Shown piece by piece: positions 20,004-27,991 of a stretch of 42,669 bases of DNA. Under the pieces are notes generated by a model. That model searched no databases. It was not told the origin of the DNA and worked only from the letters and a program-made list of their open reading frames with translations. The stretch's first letter is position 1, and every line of letters starts with the position of its first letter. The stretch is from an uncultured Pseudomonadota bacterium (GTDB taxonomy: Bacteria > UBA10199 > CAZHVX01): positions 1 to 42,669 of the forward strand of contig CAZHVX010000002.1 of the NCBI GenBank assembly GCA_964536295.1. The letters are read 5' to 3'. Position numbers and translations under genes: made by a program.

Positions 20004-20273
20004 TTATCTTATAAATTTATCAATTGAATCCACAAGTTCATCTATCTTATGTGAACCTTCCTTACATTCCATTGACTCGGTAACGCAGCTTTCGATGTGG
20101 CGTTTTAGTATTCCGAGCGCAACCTTTTCAAGGGCCCGTCTTATGGCATTTATTTGGTTGATCAAATCAATACAATACTTCTCCTCATCCACCATCTTCA
20201 TCAGGCCCCTAACCTGTCCCTCTACCTTTCGAAGCCTAAGTAGTGTATCCTTTTTTACTTCCTCATTTATCAT
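20004..20273 (-). CDS. csoR: CsoR family copper-sensing repressor
   Basis: RLRKVEGQVRG..YC..Q..HIESCV (C-H-C ligands). Confidence 0.93.
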   Translation of the reverse strand: MINEEVKKDTLLRLRKVEGQVRGLMKMVDEEKYCIDLINQINAIRRALEKVALGILKRHIESCVTESMECKEGSHKIDELVDSIDKFIR

Positions 20274-20296
20274 TTTGCTTCCTTCAGATATACCAT

Positions 20297-20335
20297 ATAC
20301 CCCTATAGGGTATCTTTTTTTCCACCCTATGTCAA
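20297..20335 (-). promoter_or_regulatory. CsoR operator ATACCCCTATAGGGTAT overlapping a TTGACA-N17-TACCCT promoter
   Basis: TACCC...GGGTA pseudo-palindrome at 20297-20313; TTGACA at 20335-20330. Confidence 0.82.
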
Positions 20336-20431
20336 TGGTAGCGATTATTACCCAATGATATCAATATATTATATTGGATTGACAAAATACTAATTCACTA
20401 CTATTTAATCACAATTCACAAGGAGCAAAAT

Positions 20432-20839
20432 GTGATCGCTATTCGAAGGGCCACAATAAGTGACTACGAACAAATCTTACAGATTCTTAAGGACAGGGAA
20501 TTAGAGTATCCTTCGCTTAATTTGGATAACTTTTGGATAGCTGAAGATGGCAATATAATTGTTTCAATTACCAGATTCGAGGATATTGGAAATTGTTATT
20601 TCATTAGCTCCGTTGGAACAAAGAAAGATTTTGAAGGCAAAGGCCTTGCAAGCAAGCTTATTAAAAAGATATCTAATCAACAAAAGGATGTCTATCTTTA
20701 CACCATAATACCTGACTTTTTTGAAAAACTGGGCTTTAAAACCGTAAAAACCCCACCCTTCCTACCAAGAAGAGAAGTATTTAATTGTAAAGATTGCTCC
20801 CCTAATGTATGTGTCTGCATGATTAGGAGAGCTGAATGA
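20432..20839 (+). CDS. GNAT family N-acetyltransferase
   Basis: IRRAT, acetyl-CoA motif FEGKGLASKL, FFEKLGF; Cys-rich tail; AAGGAG RBS. Confidence 0.85.
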   Translation: MIAIRRATISDYEQILQILKDRELEYPSLNLDNFWIAEDGNIIVSITRFEDIGNCYFISSVGTKKDFEGKGLASKLIKKISNQQKDVYLYTIIPDFFEKLGFKTVKTPPFLPRREVFNCKDCSPNVCVCMIRRAE

Positions 20840-21744
20840 TTCCTACTTTTCCAAAATTTAAAAAGATAGATCTGGCCGATCTTAGCTTAATCAAACCTTT
20901 GTTGCTGGAAAAATCCGGAAGGATAAGCGATCTAAATTTTGCGAGTTTTTTTATCTGGAAAGAGTGGAATCGTCCAACAATGACGATAATCAACGACAAT
21001 CTATGCATCCGCATAGATCCAATAGATCATCCGCCCTTCTTTCTAAAGCCACTTGGACAAGTCAAACCATTAGAAACGCTTTTAACGTGCCTTGACCACA
21101 CGGCTTCTATCTCAAGATTAGATAGAGATTTCATCAATAACCTGGAAAAGAATGGTCTCAAAGTGACAAGTGATCGTGATTATTTTGACTACATCTACAA
21201 AACTGATGACTTGGCTAACTTTAAGGGAAGAAAATACGATGGAAAAAGAAACCATATTAATAAATTTTTAAAAACATATCACGATTTTAAATTCGAAGAG
21301 CTTAAACCAGATCACTTAAATGACATACTAAAGATCTATGATCTATGGTTTAAACCAAGAAAAAAGGATGAATATTGGATATCAAGACAACAATTTATCG
21401 ACGATGATAAAAACGCCTTTGGATACGCACTTGAAAATTTCAAACTACTAGAGCCATGCGGCGGCGTTTTGTATATTGATAGAGAGCCCAGGTCATTTAT
21501 TATCGGCACACCGCTAACAAACGATACGGTGTGCGTGCACTTTTTTCACTGCGATCCAAATATTCCAGGAATCTATCAATTCGTCCTTAACCAGGCCGCC
21601 AAAACAAGCTTTGCAAGGTTTGAATATGTCAATTTAGAGGATGACGCAGGGGTAGATGGTCTACGGCACGCAAAAACATCCTATCACCCTATTGAAATAA
21701 AAGAAAAGTTCGATATAATACTGAAACAGGATGAACGCAGATAA
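20836..21744 (+). CDS. DUF2156 / phosphatidylglycerol lysyltransferase-like domain protein
   Basis: SDLNFA, DRDYFDYIY..L..GRKYDGKRNHINKF, GIYQ, VNLEDDAG..GLRHAKTSYHP. Confidence 0.88.
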   Translation: MIPTFPKFKKIDLADLSLIKPLLLEKSGRISDLNFASFFIWKEWNRPTMTIINDNLCIRIDPIDHPPFFLKPLGQVKPLETLLTCLDHTASISRLDRDFINNLEKNGLKVTSDRDYFDYIYKTDDLANFKGRKYDGKRNHINKFLKTYHDFKFEELKPDHLNDILKIYDLWFKPRKKDEYWISRQQFIDDDKNAFGYALENFKLLEPCGGVLYIDREPRSFIIGTPLTNDTVCVHFFHCDPNIPGIYQFVLNQAAKTSFARFEYVNLEDDAGVDGLRHAKTSYHPIEIKEKFDIILKQDERR

Positions 21745-21851
21745 ACACGGATAATTCTAAGTAACAAAAAAACAAAAATATCGGCGTTCATCAGCGTTTA
21801 TCCCCCGCCAGCCATCATATATTTAAATACGAAGGCGGGCTGGTGTTTCAG
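21721..21851. repeat. 9-nt periodic palindromic element (GAT.AAC.C / G.GTT.ATC units) interrupted by a CCCGCC...GGCGGG insert
   Basis: CTGAAACA-GGAT ... ATCC-[21804-21843]-TGTTTCAG; the left arm supplies the last codons and stop of the DUF2156 gene. Confidence 0.75.
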
Positions 21852-21865
21852 AAAGGACATACATT

Positions 21866-22939
21866 ATGATACTTCCGGACAAATACCGCGGCACAAGCGA
21901 TCAAGAACTGAAAAAAAGAATAGCTGCCGCAAAAAAAGAATATAAAGATAAGCTTGTAATTTTAGGACATCACTACCAGCGCGACGAAATAATAGAATTT
22001 TCCGATTTTGTTGGTGATAGCTTTAAGCTTGCACAGGATGCGGCGCATGAAGAAAATGCAACGCACATTATTTTTTGCGGAGTCCATTTCATGGCAGAGG
22101 CCGCACGCATTGTCTGCTCAGAAAAACAAAGAGTTTATCTCCCAGATAAAAATGCCGGGTGCCCCATGGCAGAGATGGCAACTCTGGATGAAGTTGAAGG
22201 TGCCTGGGAAGCTTTATCAAAACTTACAGATATCTCAAAAATTATTCCTATCACGTATATGAATTCAACCGCGGACATTAAGGCCTTTTGTGGAAAGAAT
22301 AATGGAATTGTTTGTACATCAAGTAATGCGGCAAAGCTCTTCGACTGGGCATTTAAGCGCGGAGAAAAGATATTCTTTCTGCCAGATGAGCACCTTGGAA
22401 CCAATACGGCCATTGAAAAAGGCCTTGAGGGTACGCAAATTGTAAAATGGAAAAGGAATGAAACCTCTGGAGGGTTGAACCCCGACACAATCGAAAAGGC
22501 CAAGGTTATTACCTGGGATGGATTCTGCCACGTCCACACATTCTTTACCGAAGAACATGTGGAGGAAACACGGGAAAAATATCCGGATTGCAAAATCATC
22601 GTTCACCCTGAATGCAAAAAAGAAATTGTTAATACCTCCGATGCTTCAGGATCGACTGAGCAGATAAAAAGGTATGTTGAATCGGCACCTCCGGAATCGA
22701 CTATTATTATTGGAACAGAAATTAACATGGTGAACCGACTCAAAAATGAAAATCCAAATAAAAACATAATTCCACTGGCACGATCAATGTGCCCAAATAT
22801 GTTTAAGATAAGTTTGAATAATCTCTGTTGGACTCTGGAAAATTTGGGCAATGTAAACGAGGTAATCGTCGACAACAAAATAGCAACAAACGCAAAAATT
22901 GCACTCTTTAGGATGCTCAACCCTGATAAAGAGATATGA
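21866..22939 (+). CDS. nadA: Quinolinate synthase
   Basis: ILGHHYQ, GDS, FCGVHFMAE, AGCPMA, YMNS, CTSSNA, PDEHLG, CHVH, VHPEC, GST, GTE, CPNM. Confidence 0.96.
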   Translation: MILPDKYRGTSDQELKKRIAAAKKEYKDKLVILGHHYQRDEIIEFSDFVGDSFKLAQDAAHEENATHIIFCGVHFMAEAARIVCSEKQRVYLPDKNAGCPMAEMATLDEVEGAWEALSKLTDISKIIPITYMNSTADIKAFCGKNNGIVCTSSNAAKLFDWAFKRGEKIFFLPDEHLGTNTAIEKGLEGTQIVKWKRNETSGGLNPDTIEKAKVITWDGFCHVHTFFTEEHVEETREKYPDCKIIVHPECKKEIVNTSDASGSTEQIKRYVESAPPESTIIIGTEINMVNRLKNENPNKNIIPLARSMCPNMFKISLNNLCWTLENLGNVNEVIVDNKIATNAKIALFRMLNPDKEI

Positions 22940-23616
22940 AAATCCTGATACTCGACAACGCAATAGATCATAACATTTACCGACCAGTCGATCACTGGGT
23001 GCCCCATATTGTCTTTCCATTTGATTCCTTTCGGGCATCCAATGGCAAATTACCCAACAGCGTTAATGATTATTCGCACATTATTATTTCAGGTTCCGAA
23101 GCCTCAATAGTAGATGATTGTGACTGGTATAAACCTTTAGAGGAGTTAATTCGTGAAGCCGCAATCAAGGACAAGGTTATTTTGGGAAGTTGTTTTGGAC
23201 ACCAAATGATAGCCCGAGCACTCTTTGGGAAAAAAACAGTAAGGCATGCCAAAGTTCCGGAACACGGCTGGTTTGATATTGAGGTGTTAAAAGATGATCT
23301 TTTGCTGCCTCAACATATAGTTTGTCTAAACCTCCATTTTGATGAAGTCTACAACATACCTTTGGATAAATGTGACATTTTGGCAACAACGTTGAATTGC
23401 AAAATTAGCGCCTTTAAATTAAAAAACAAACCAATCTGGGGAATTCAACCGCATCCGGAAATCGGCATAGAAGAAGGTTTAAAAATAATAAAAGAAATCT
23501 CTAAAAAGGAATCATGGAAACAAAATTTTTATCTCAAGGCCTTAAAAACAACACCCCGCGATTCTGGCTGGATTAAGCATTTAATGGAAGAATTTCAAAA
23601 ATATCAAATTACATAA
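22936..23616 (+). CDS. Class I glutamine amidotransferase-like protein
   Basis: SGS, GSCFGHQ nucleophile elbow, QPHPE. Confidence 0.9.
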   Translation: MKILILDNAIDHNIYRPVDHWVPHIVFPFDSFRASNGKLPNSVNDYSHIIISGSEASIVDDCDWYKPLEELIREAAIKDKVILGSCFGHQMIARALFGKKTVRHAKVPEHGWFDIEVLKDDLLLPQHIVCLNLHFDEVYNIPLDKCDILATTLNCKISAFKLKNKPIWGIQPHPEIGIEEGLKIIKEISKKESWKQNFYLKALKTTPRDSGWIKHLMEEFQKYQIT

Positions 23617-23650
23617 ATAAAAAAACACATTAGGTCGCATCTTTTTTTAT

Positions 23651-23741
23651 TGGCGGAGAGGCAGGGATTCGAACCCTGGGTCCGCATGACACGGACAACG
23701 GTTTTCGAGACCGTCCCTTTCAACCGCTCAGGCACCTCTCC
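23651..23741 (-). tRNA. tRNA-Ser(CGA)
   Basis: GGAGAGG acceptor stem, ACGGT-CT-CGA-AA-ACCGT anticodon arm, long variable arm, GTTCGAATC, encoded CCA. Confidence 0.96.
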
Positions 23742-23825
23742 ATGATGGTTGTTATGCTGGCGCAAAGCGCCAGTCATAACAACCATCATGCCTCGCCGAA
23801 GTTCCGTAGGGAACGTAGGCGGGCA
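23742..23825. repeat. 84-nt two-hairpin 5' leader of tRNA-Ser(CGA), copy 1
   Basis: 73/84 identical to 24076-24159; abuts tRNA +1. Confidence 0.9.
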
Positions 23826-23830
23826 TTATA

Positions 23831-23913
23831 ATATTCTTTTACTAATGATACGGCTTTTGCCTTGTTATTAAATGAAAAATAAGAAATTAATTTAAAATGT
23901 ACACATGATACAT
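23831..23913 (-). pseudogene. Probable internally deleted GIY-YIG nuclease remnant
   Basis: ATG-initiated MYHVYIL followed in another frame by KLISYFSFNNKAKAVSLVKEY; resembles the N- and C-termini of small standalone GIY-YIG proteins. Confidence 0.55.
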
Positions 23914-23923
23914 AAAAAAGATT

Positions 23924-23956
23924 GGTCCGCCTACGCCTAAAGGCTTCGGCGAGACC
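23924..23956. repeat. CCTCGCC/GGCGTAGGCGG-family REP hairpin
   Basis: Reverse strand GGTCTCGCCGAAGCCTTTAGGCGTAGGCGGACC; relatives at 13655, 23790, 24124, 42007 and a variant at ~24170. Confidence 0.85.
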
Positions 23957-23999
23957 TGCCTCTCCGTGAGGAGTTTTTGACTCCTCACGGAGAGGCAGG
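23955..23999. repeat. Perfect 20-bp inverted repeat whose one arm includes the tRNA-Ser(GGA) 3' end
   Basis: CCTGCCTCTCCGTGAGGAGT-TTTTG-ACTCCTCACGGAGAGGCAGG. Confidence 0.9.
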
Positions 24000-24075
24000 G
24001 ATTCGAACCCTGGGTACAGTTGCCCGTACACATGCTTTCCAAGCATGCTCCTTCGGCCAGCTCGGACACCTCTCC
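23988..24075 (-). tRNA. tRNA-Ser(GGA), CCA not encoded
   Basis: GGAGAGG acceptor stem, CATGC-TT-GGA-AA-GCATG anticodon arm, long variable arm, GTTCGAATC. Confidence 0.95.
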
Positions 24076-24159
24076 ATTATGGTTGTTATGCTAGCGCAAG
24101 GCGCTAGTCATTACAAACATAATGCCTCGCCGAAGTTCCAACAGGAACGTAGGCGGGCA
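24076..24159. repeat. 84-nt two-hairpin 5' leader of tRNA-Ser(GGA), copy 2
   Basis: Homologous to 23742-23825 with two compensatory base-pair changes. Confidence 0.9.
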
Positions 24160-24269
24160 AATCAACGACTTCCCCCCATAGCTTTTGGCGAAGGGGGGGA
24201 CTTCAATATATCAAAGATTCGCCTTATTAAACGAAAACTGAACTAAAATCAATAGCTATATTTTAAGCG

Positions 24270-24719
24270 TTATTTTCTCAACGTTTTAAAGAAATTAGAC
24301 AATAGTAGTCCACACTCTTTTTCCAAAACACCTGATACAACCTCGATCTGATGGTTTAAACGCGTATCATTTGATAGATCATACAACGACCCGCAGGCAC
24401 CGGCCTTTGGATCGCGACATCCGTAAACAATTTTTTGAATTCGCGATTGAAGCATCGCCCCCATACACATAATACATGGCTCGCATGTCACGTATATGGT
24501 CACGTTCTCCAGGCGCCAGAAATTATACTTTTGGGCGAGTTCTTTTATGAGTAAGGATTCAGCATGTCCAAAGGGATCCTGTGTGGTTTCGCGAAGATTA
24601 TGTGCACGGGCCACAATCTCGCCATCCACAACGGCAACAGCACCAATCGGAACCTCTTTGATAGCCGCGGCCTTTTTGGCCTCTTCAATCGCTTCTTGCA
24701 TGAAATATTCATGATTCAT
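24270..24719 (-). CDS. tadA: tRNA adenosine(34) deaminase
   Basis: EVPIGA, HNLRE, HAE, WRL, EPCIMC, DPKAGA, LNH; start moved to ATG 24719 because the upstream extension is repeat DNA. Confidence 0.95.
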   Translation of the reverse strand: MNHEYFMQEAIEEAKKAAAIKEVPIGAVAVVDGEIVARAHNLRETTQDPFGHAESLLIKELAQKYNFWRLENVTIYVTCEPCIMCMGAMLQSRIQKIVYGCRDPKAGACGSLYDLSNDTRLNHQIEVVSGVLEKECGLLLSNFFKTLRK

Positions 24720-24768
24720 GTTGGTTGTATATATTGACAGAAACGCTTTATCAACTACAAAACCTATT

Positions 24769-24910
24769 ATGAGGACACGGAGTTTTAAAACGCAGAGCAT
24801 ACTGAGAGCGCTGGGGTCTCTGAGTTTTTTTGTGTCTGTGGTGATATTAAATAAATCCTCAGCGAACACAGAAACCTCAGAATACTCTGCGTTTAACATC
24901 TCTGTGGCCT
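24769..24910. repeat. ~145-bp 9-nt periodic palindromic element, homolog of 8187-8330
   Basis: ATGAGGACACGGAGTTTTAAAACGCAGAG...CTGAGTTTTTT matches the reverse complement of the 8272-8330 arm. Confidence 0.8.
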
Positions 24911-24968
24911 CTAGGGTTCCTCTCAATGTCACTTGATATACAGGTTTGCATCATATATACAGATCATT

Positions 24969-26360
24969 ATGAAAAAGCCCCTGGCAAAAGTGGCGACAAC
25001 TAAGGCTGATCTTAAAAAAGATGCAATAGACCAGTTTGAACAGACCTTCGGATTGATTCGAATGGGGGGCAATAAAACCCGGCGGCTTCTAAGTTTAAGC
25101 CAGGATCTTGCAAGGCTTCACAGAACCCCGTTGGAGGTACTTTGGAAGGAGCAATCCCTTCTTTCAATAACCCAAAACGAGAAATTGTCCCCCCTTGATA
25201 GGTATAAAAAGGCAACCGAATGGTTGATGTCAAGATACACGCCCCCTAAATATGAAAAATCAGCCGTTCACGATACAGATCAATCATTTAAACCAATAAA
25301 AATTTATTTAACCCACGATGCATCAAAAAATCCCAACACAAAACTTATCTTAGATAAGTTAACCGATGTTCCGGTCGAAGTTATTCATTCGCCCCGCGAT
25401 ATAAAAAAGGAGATGAACTATTCAGATGCAAAACGTATCTGGTTTCTAAATAATTATAAGGGCAATGCATTCAAATCGTGCCAGGGAATTACAGAAAAAA
25501 ATCTTTGTTGCAATTATTTTACAATTGATCTTATCGCAGGGTGCCCACTGGATTGTACTTATTGCATCCTGCAACAATATTTATCAAATAATCCAATCTT
25601 GACTATCTACACAAATATCGAAGTCATCCTTGAGCAGATAAAGATTGCCACATCCAAGGAGCCAAAGAAAATCTTCAGGATCGGAAGTGGCGAACTATCC
25701 GATAGCCTGGCATTAGATGATATTACCGAGCATTCAAGCCTCCTTGTACCCTACTTTGCCAAGCTTCCCAACGCCTTTTTGGAGCTAAAAACAAAGACAA
25801 CCAAGATTGATGGATTAAAGGATCTGGATCATAACGGACATACGATAGTCGCATGGTCCGTAAACCCGCAGGATATAATATCCAAGGAAGAGTTCAAGGC
25901 CGCAACGCTAATTGGTCGAATAGCCGCAGCAAAAAAATGCATTGAGTGGGGATATAAAGTTGCCTTTCACTTTGATCCAATGATCTTTTATAAAAGCTGG
26001 AAGGATGGTTACAAAGAGGTTGTCCAATTAATTTTTAAGCACATCGATCCGCAATACGTTGCGTGGATCAGTTTGGGCACGTTGAGGTTTCCAACACAAT
26101 TGAAGGAAACAGCACAGGAACGTTTTGCCGGCACACAAATTTTTTCATATCCATTTGAAAGGATAGCCGGAAAATTAAGGTATCCAGAAAAAATTCGCGC
26201 CATACTCTACAAAAATGTTGTTGAGGAGATCTTCTCTATTGATTTGTCGGTTCCGATATATCTCTGTATGGAGGAACCCCAAATGTGGGTAGAAGCCGGT
26301 CTTGAAGCTATTCAATCAAATGAAGATGTTGAAAAAATCGCCACCTCCCGTCTTCGATAA
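24969..26360 (+). CDS. Spore photoproduct lyase-like radical SAM protein with N-terminal extension
   Basis: GCPLDCTYCILQ, GELSDS, LELKTK, WSVNP, HFDP, YLCME; start uncertain (24933 or 24969). Confidence 0.8.
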   Translation: MKKPLAKVATTKADLKKDAIDQFEQTFGLIRMGGNKTRRLLSLSQDLARLHRTPLEVLWKEQSLLSITQNEKLSPLDRYKKATEWLMSRYTPPKYEKSAVHDTDQSFKPIKIYLTHDASKNPNTKLILDKLTDVPVEVIHSPRDIKKEMNYSDAKRIWFLNNYKGNAFKSCQGITEKNLCCNYFTIDLIAGCPLDCTYCILQQYLSNNPILTIYTNIEVILEQIKIATSKEPKKIFRIGSGELSDSLALDDITEHSSLLVPYFAKLPNAFLELKTKTTKIDGLKDLDHNGHTIVAWSVNPQDIISKEEFKAATLIGRIAAAKKCIEWGYKVAFHFDPMIFYKSWKDGYKEVVQLIFKHIDPQYVAWISLGTLRFPTQLKETAQERFAGTQIFSYPFERIAGKLRYPEKIRAILYKNVVEEIFSIDLSVPIYLCMEEPQMWVEAGLEAIQSNEDVEKIATSRLR

Positions 26361-26412
26361 AATCAATTATATCAGCTAGTTACAAAACGCATGGCACATT
26401 TTTTGCGGACAC

Positions 26413-26441
26413 GCAACTCTTGGATACGACAAATGCGATAA
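26413..26441 (+). promoter_or_regulatory. Possible sigma28-like promoter GCAA...TGCGATAA
   Basis: Resembles the 30351-30377 site but with a 17-nt spacer and an imperfect -10. Confidence 0.35.
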
Positions 26442-26466
26442 TATACACAAGGGGCCGGAGGTATTT

Positions 26467-27942
26467 ATGAGCGTTGATCTCAAAACGGATAAAAGCGATC
26501 TATCAAAAATCGATCATCTAGGTCAAACCGAACAAGCAAACTATCCAGAAAAAGCTGGTGGCCACAATGGTGACGCATCTCTTTTTGATCATGCAGAATT
26601 TGAACGCCTCACCTCTCATGAGAGACTACCAAATGCAGGCAAACTATTAGGTGGCGTTCTTCCATCAACGTCGAATCGTGATCCCCTTCTTGGCGTTCTG
26701 GAAAATAGCATTCGTCAACTTGCCACAGCTTCAGAGGAAGAGCTGGAAATGCTAAGACCGATAAAGGATTTTATGGAAATGCAGTTATCCGGGTTGACCG
26801 GCTTGGATATCAAGCTCCCTGAGGATGTCGAAAGCGTTCATATCATCGCAAATCAGGTTGCAGATATAATCGGTGAGTCAAGGGATCTAACCGAGGCCAC
26901 TGAAAAAATTCGTGACTATTTCCTAAGCTTAATAAATCAGGAGGCCTCTAGCGAAGTGGAACAGAAAGAACAACCGCAATATTCACCCGCGGAACAGGAA
27001 TACGTAGACGCGCGCAACGCCCTAAAAGAGGCCGCTCCCAAGGAATTCGACACAGCGACAAGAAAATTTTCCGATCTTAAAAAGACTGATGGAGCGAAAC
27101 AAGCATCCGAAGCAAATAAAAAACTACATGAAACGGCACCTGAAGAGTTACGTCAACATGAAATTGCCGCAGCAGAACTTCAGGCCAAAAATCCCGAATT
27201 ATTTCTGGCCTACGAGGAGAGCCACCTCGGCACAGATGTACTTGATCCTAAGATCGAATTTGAACATTACGGAAAATATTTTGCGGAACACGGACTTGAA
27301 AAGGAGTGGAAAAATTTCATGTCAGCAAAGGTGGCGCTTGAAAACGCAGCCCCAGCTGAATATACTGATTACCACAACAAAAGAAGGCTTGAGTCAACAA
27401 CAACCGAATCCAGGGAATATAAAAGGGCATTAGTTAACTTGATTAACAAGGCCCCGGATGAATATGTCAGATATCGGACCGCTGCCGCCAATACAAAAAG
27501 CGAAAGATATGAACGCAGTAGCATAAAACCATCGGGAACCGAGGAGGTCCAACCAAGCCAAACAGAACCAGTAGCTGAAGAACCTTCTCCAACAGATGCC
27601 GTGGCCCCAACCACAGCAGAGGTTGAGCAGGAAGATCAGGGTTCAAAGGATATGCTTCATATCTTGGAATTGGCAGCTGAAGGCAGAAGGCCCACATTAG
27701 AGGAACGCGAAAACCTTAAAAGTGCGCACGAAGAATTTACGCATAGAGATGTTGTCACCCCCGAGGTTGCGCAATATTATAGGGCAAATCGGGAGCGTAT
27801 ACGCGAAAATCTGCAAAAGGGCGCCAATGAAAAGCTGGGGATGTTTGCACCAACCATAAGGCTTAGTGATGACCCCAAAGAGGGAATCAAACAACTTTAC
27901 GACTACGCTAAAAAGGCAGAAGAAATGGGCTTTGCAGACTAA
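26467..27942 (+). CDS. Hypothetical acidic alpha-helical protein with an internal 58-aa duplication
   Basis: 491-aa ORF, GGAGG RBS, repeated A-x3-L-x3-AP-x-E-[FYL] motif; no recognised family. Confidence 0.8.
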   Translation: MSVDLKTDKSDLSKIDHLGQTEQANYPEKAGGHNGDASLFDHAEFERLTSHERLPNAGKLLGGVLPSTSNRDPLLGVLENSIRQLATASEEELEMLRPIKDFMEMQLSGLTGLDIKLPEDVESVHIIANQVADIIGESRDLTEATEKIRDYFLSLINQEASSEVEQKEQPQYSPAEQEYVDARNALKEAAPKEFDTATRKFSDLKKTDGAKQASEANKKLHETAPEELRQHEIAAAELQAKNPELFLAYEESHLGTDVLDPKIEFEHYGKYFAEHGLEKEWKNFMSAKVALENAAPAEYTDYHNKRRLESTTTESREYKRALVNLINKAPDEYVRYRTAAANTKSERYERSSIKPSGTEEVQPSQTEPVAEEPSPTDAVAPTTAEVEQEDQGSKDMLHILELAAEGRRPTLEERENLKSAHEEFTHRDVVTPEVAQYYRANRERIRENLQKGANEKLGMFAPTIRLSDDPKEGIKQLYDYAKKAEEMGFAD

Positions 27943-27991
27943 CCGGATAAAAACCCTTTTTAATTCCAGTGAAATGAATTAGAATGTCCGA

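Noticed and set aside
23604-24246. ORFs 23604-23789, 23786-24046, 23887-24069, 23977-24246
   Set aside because: They overlap tRNA genes and REPs; only the short GIY-YIG-like fragments were kept
24720-24932. 71-aa N-terminal extension of TadA (similarly the extensions on hcp, rbr, dfx and the 37981 ORF)
   Set aside because: They translate repeat or leader DNA; downstream ATGs match family N-termini or RBS positions
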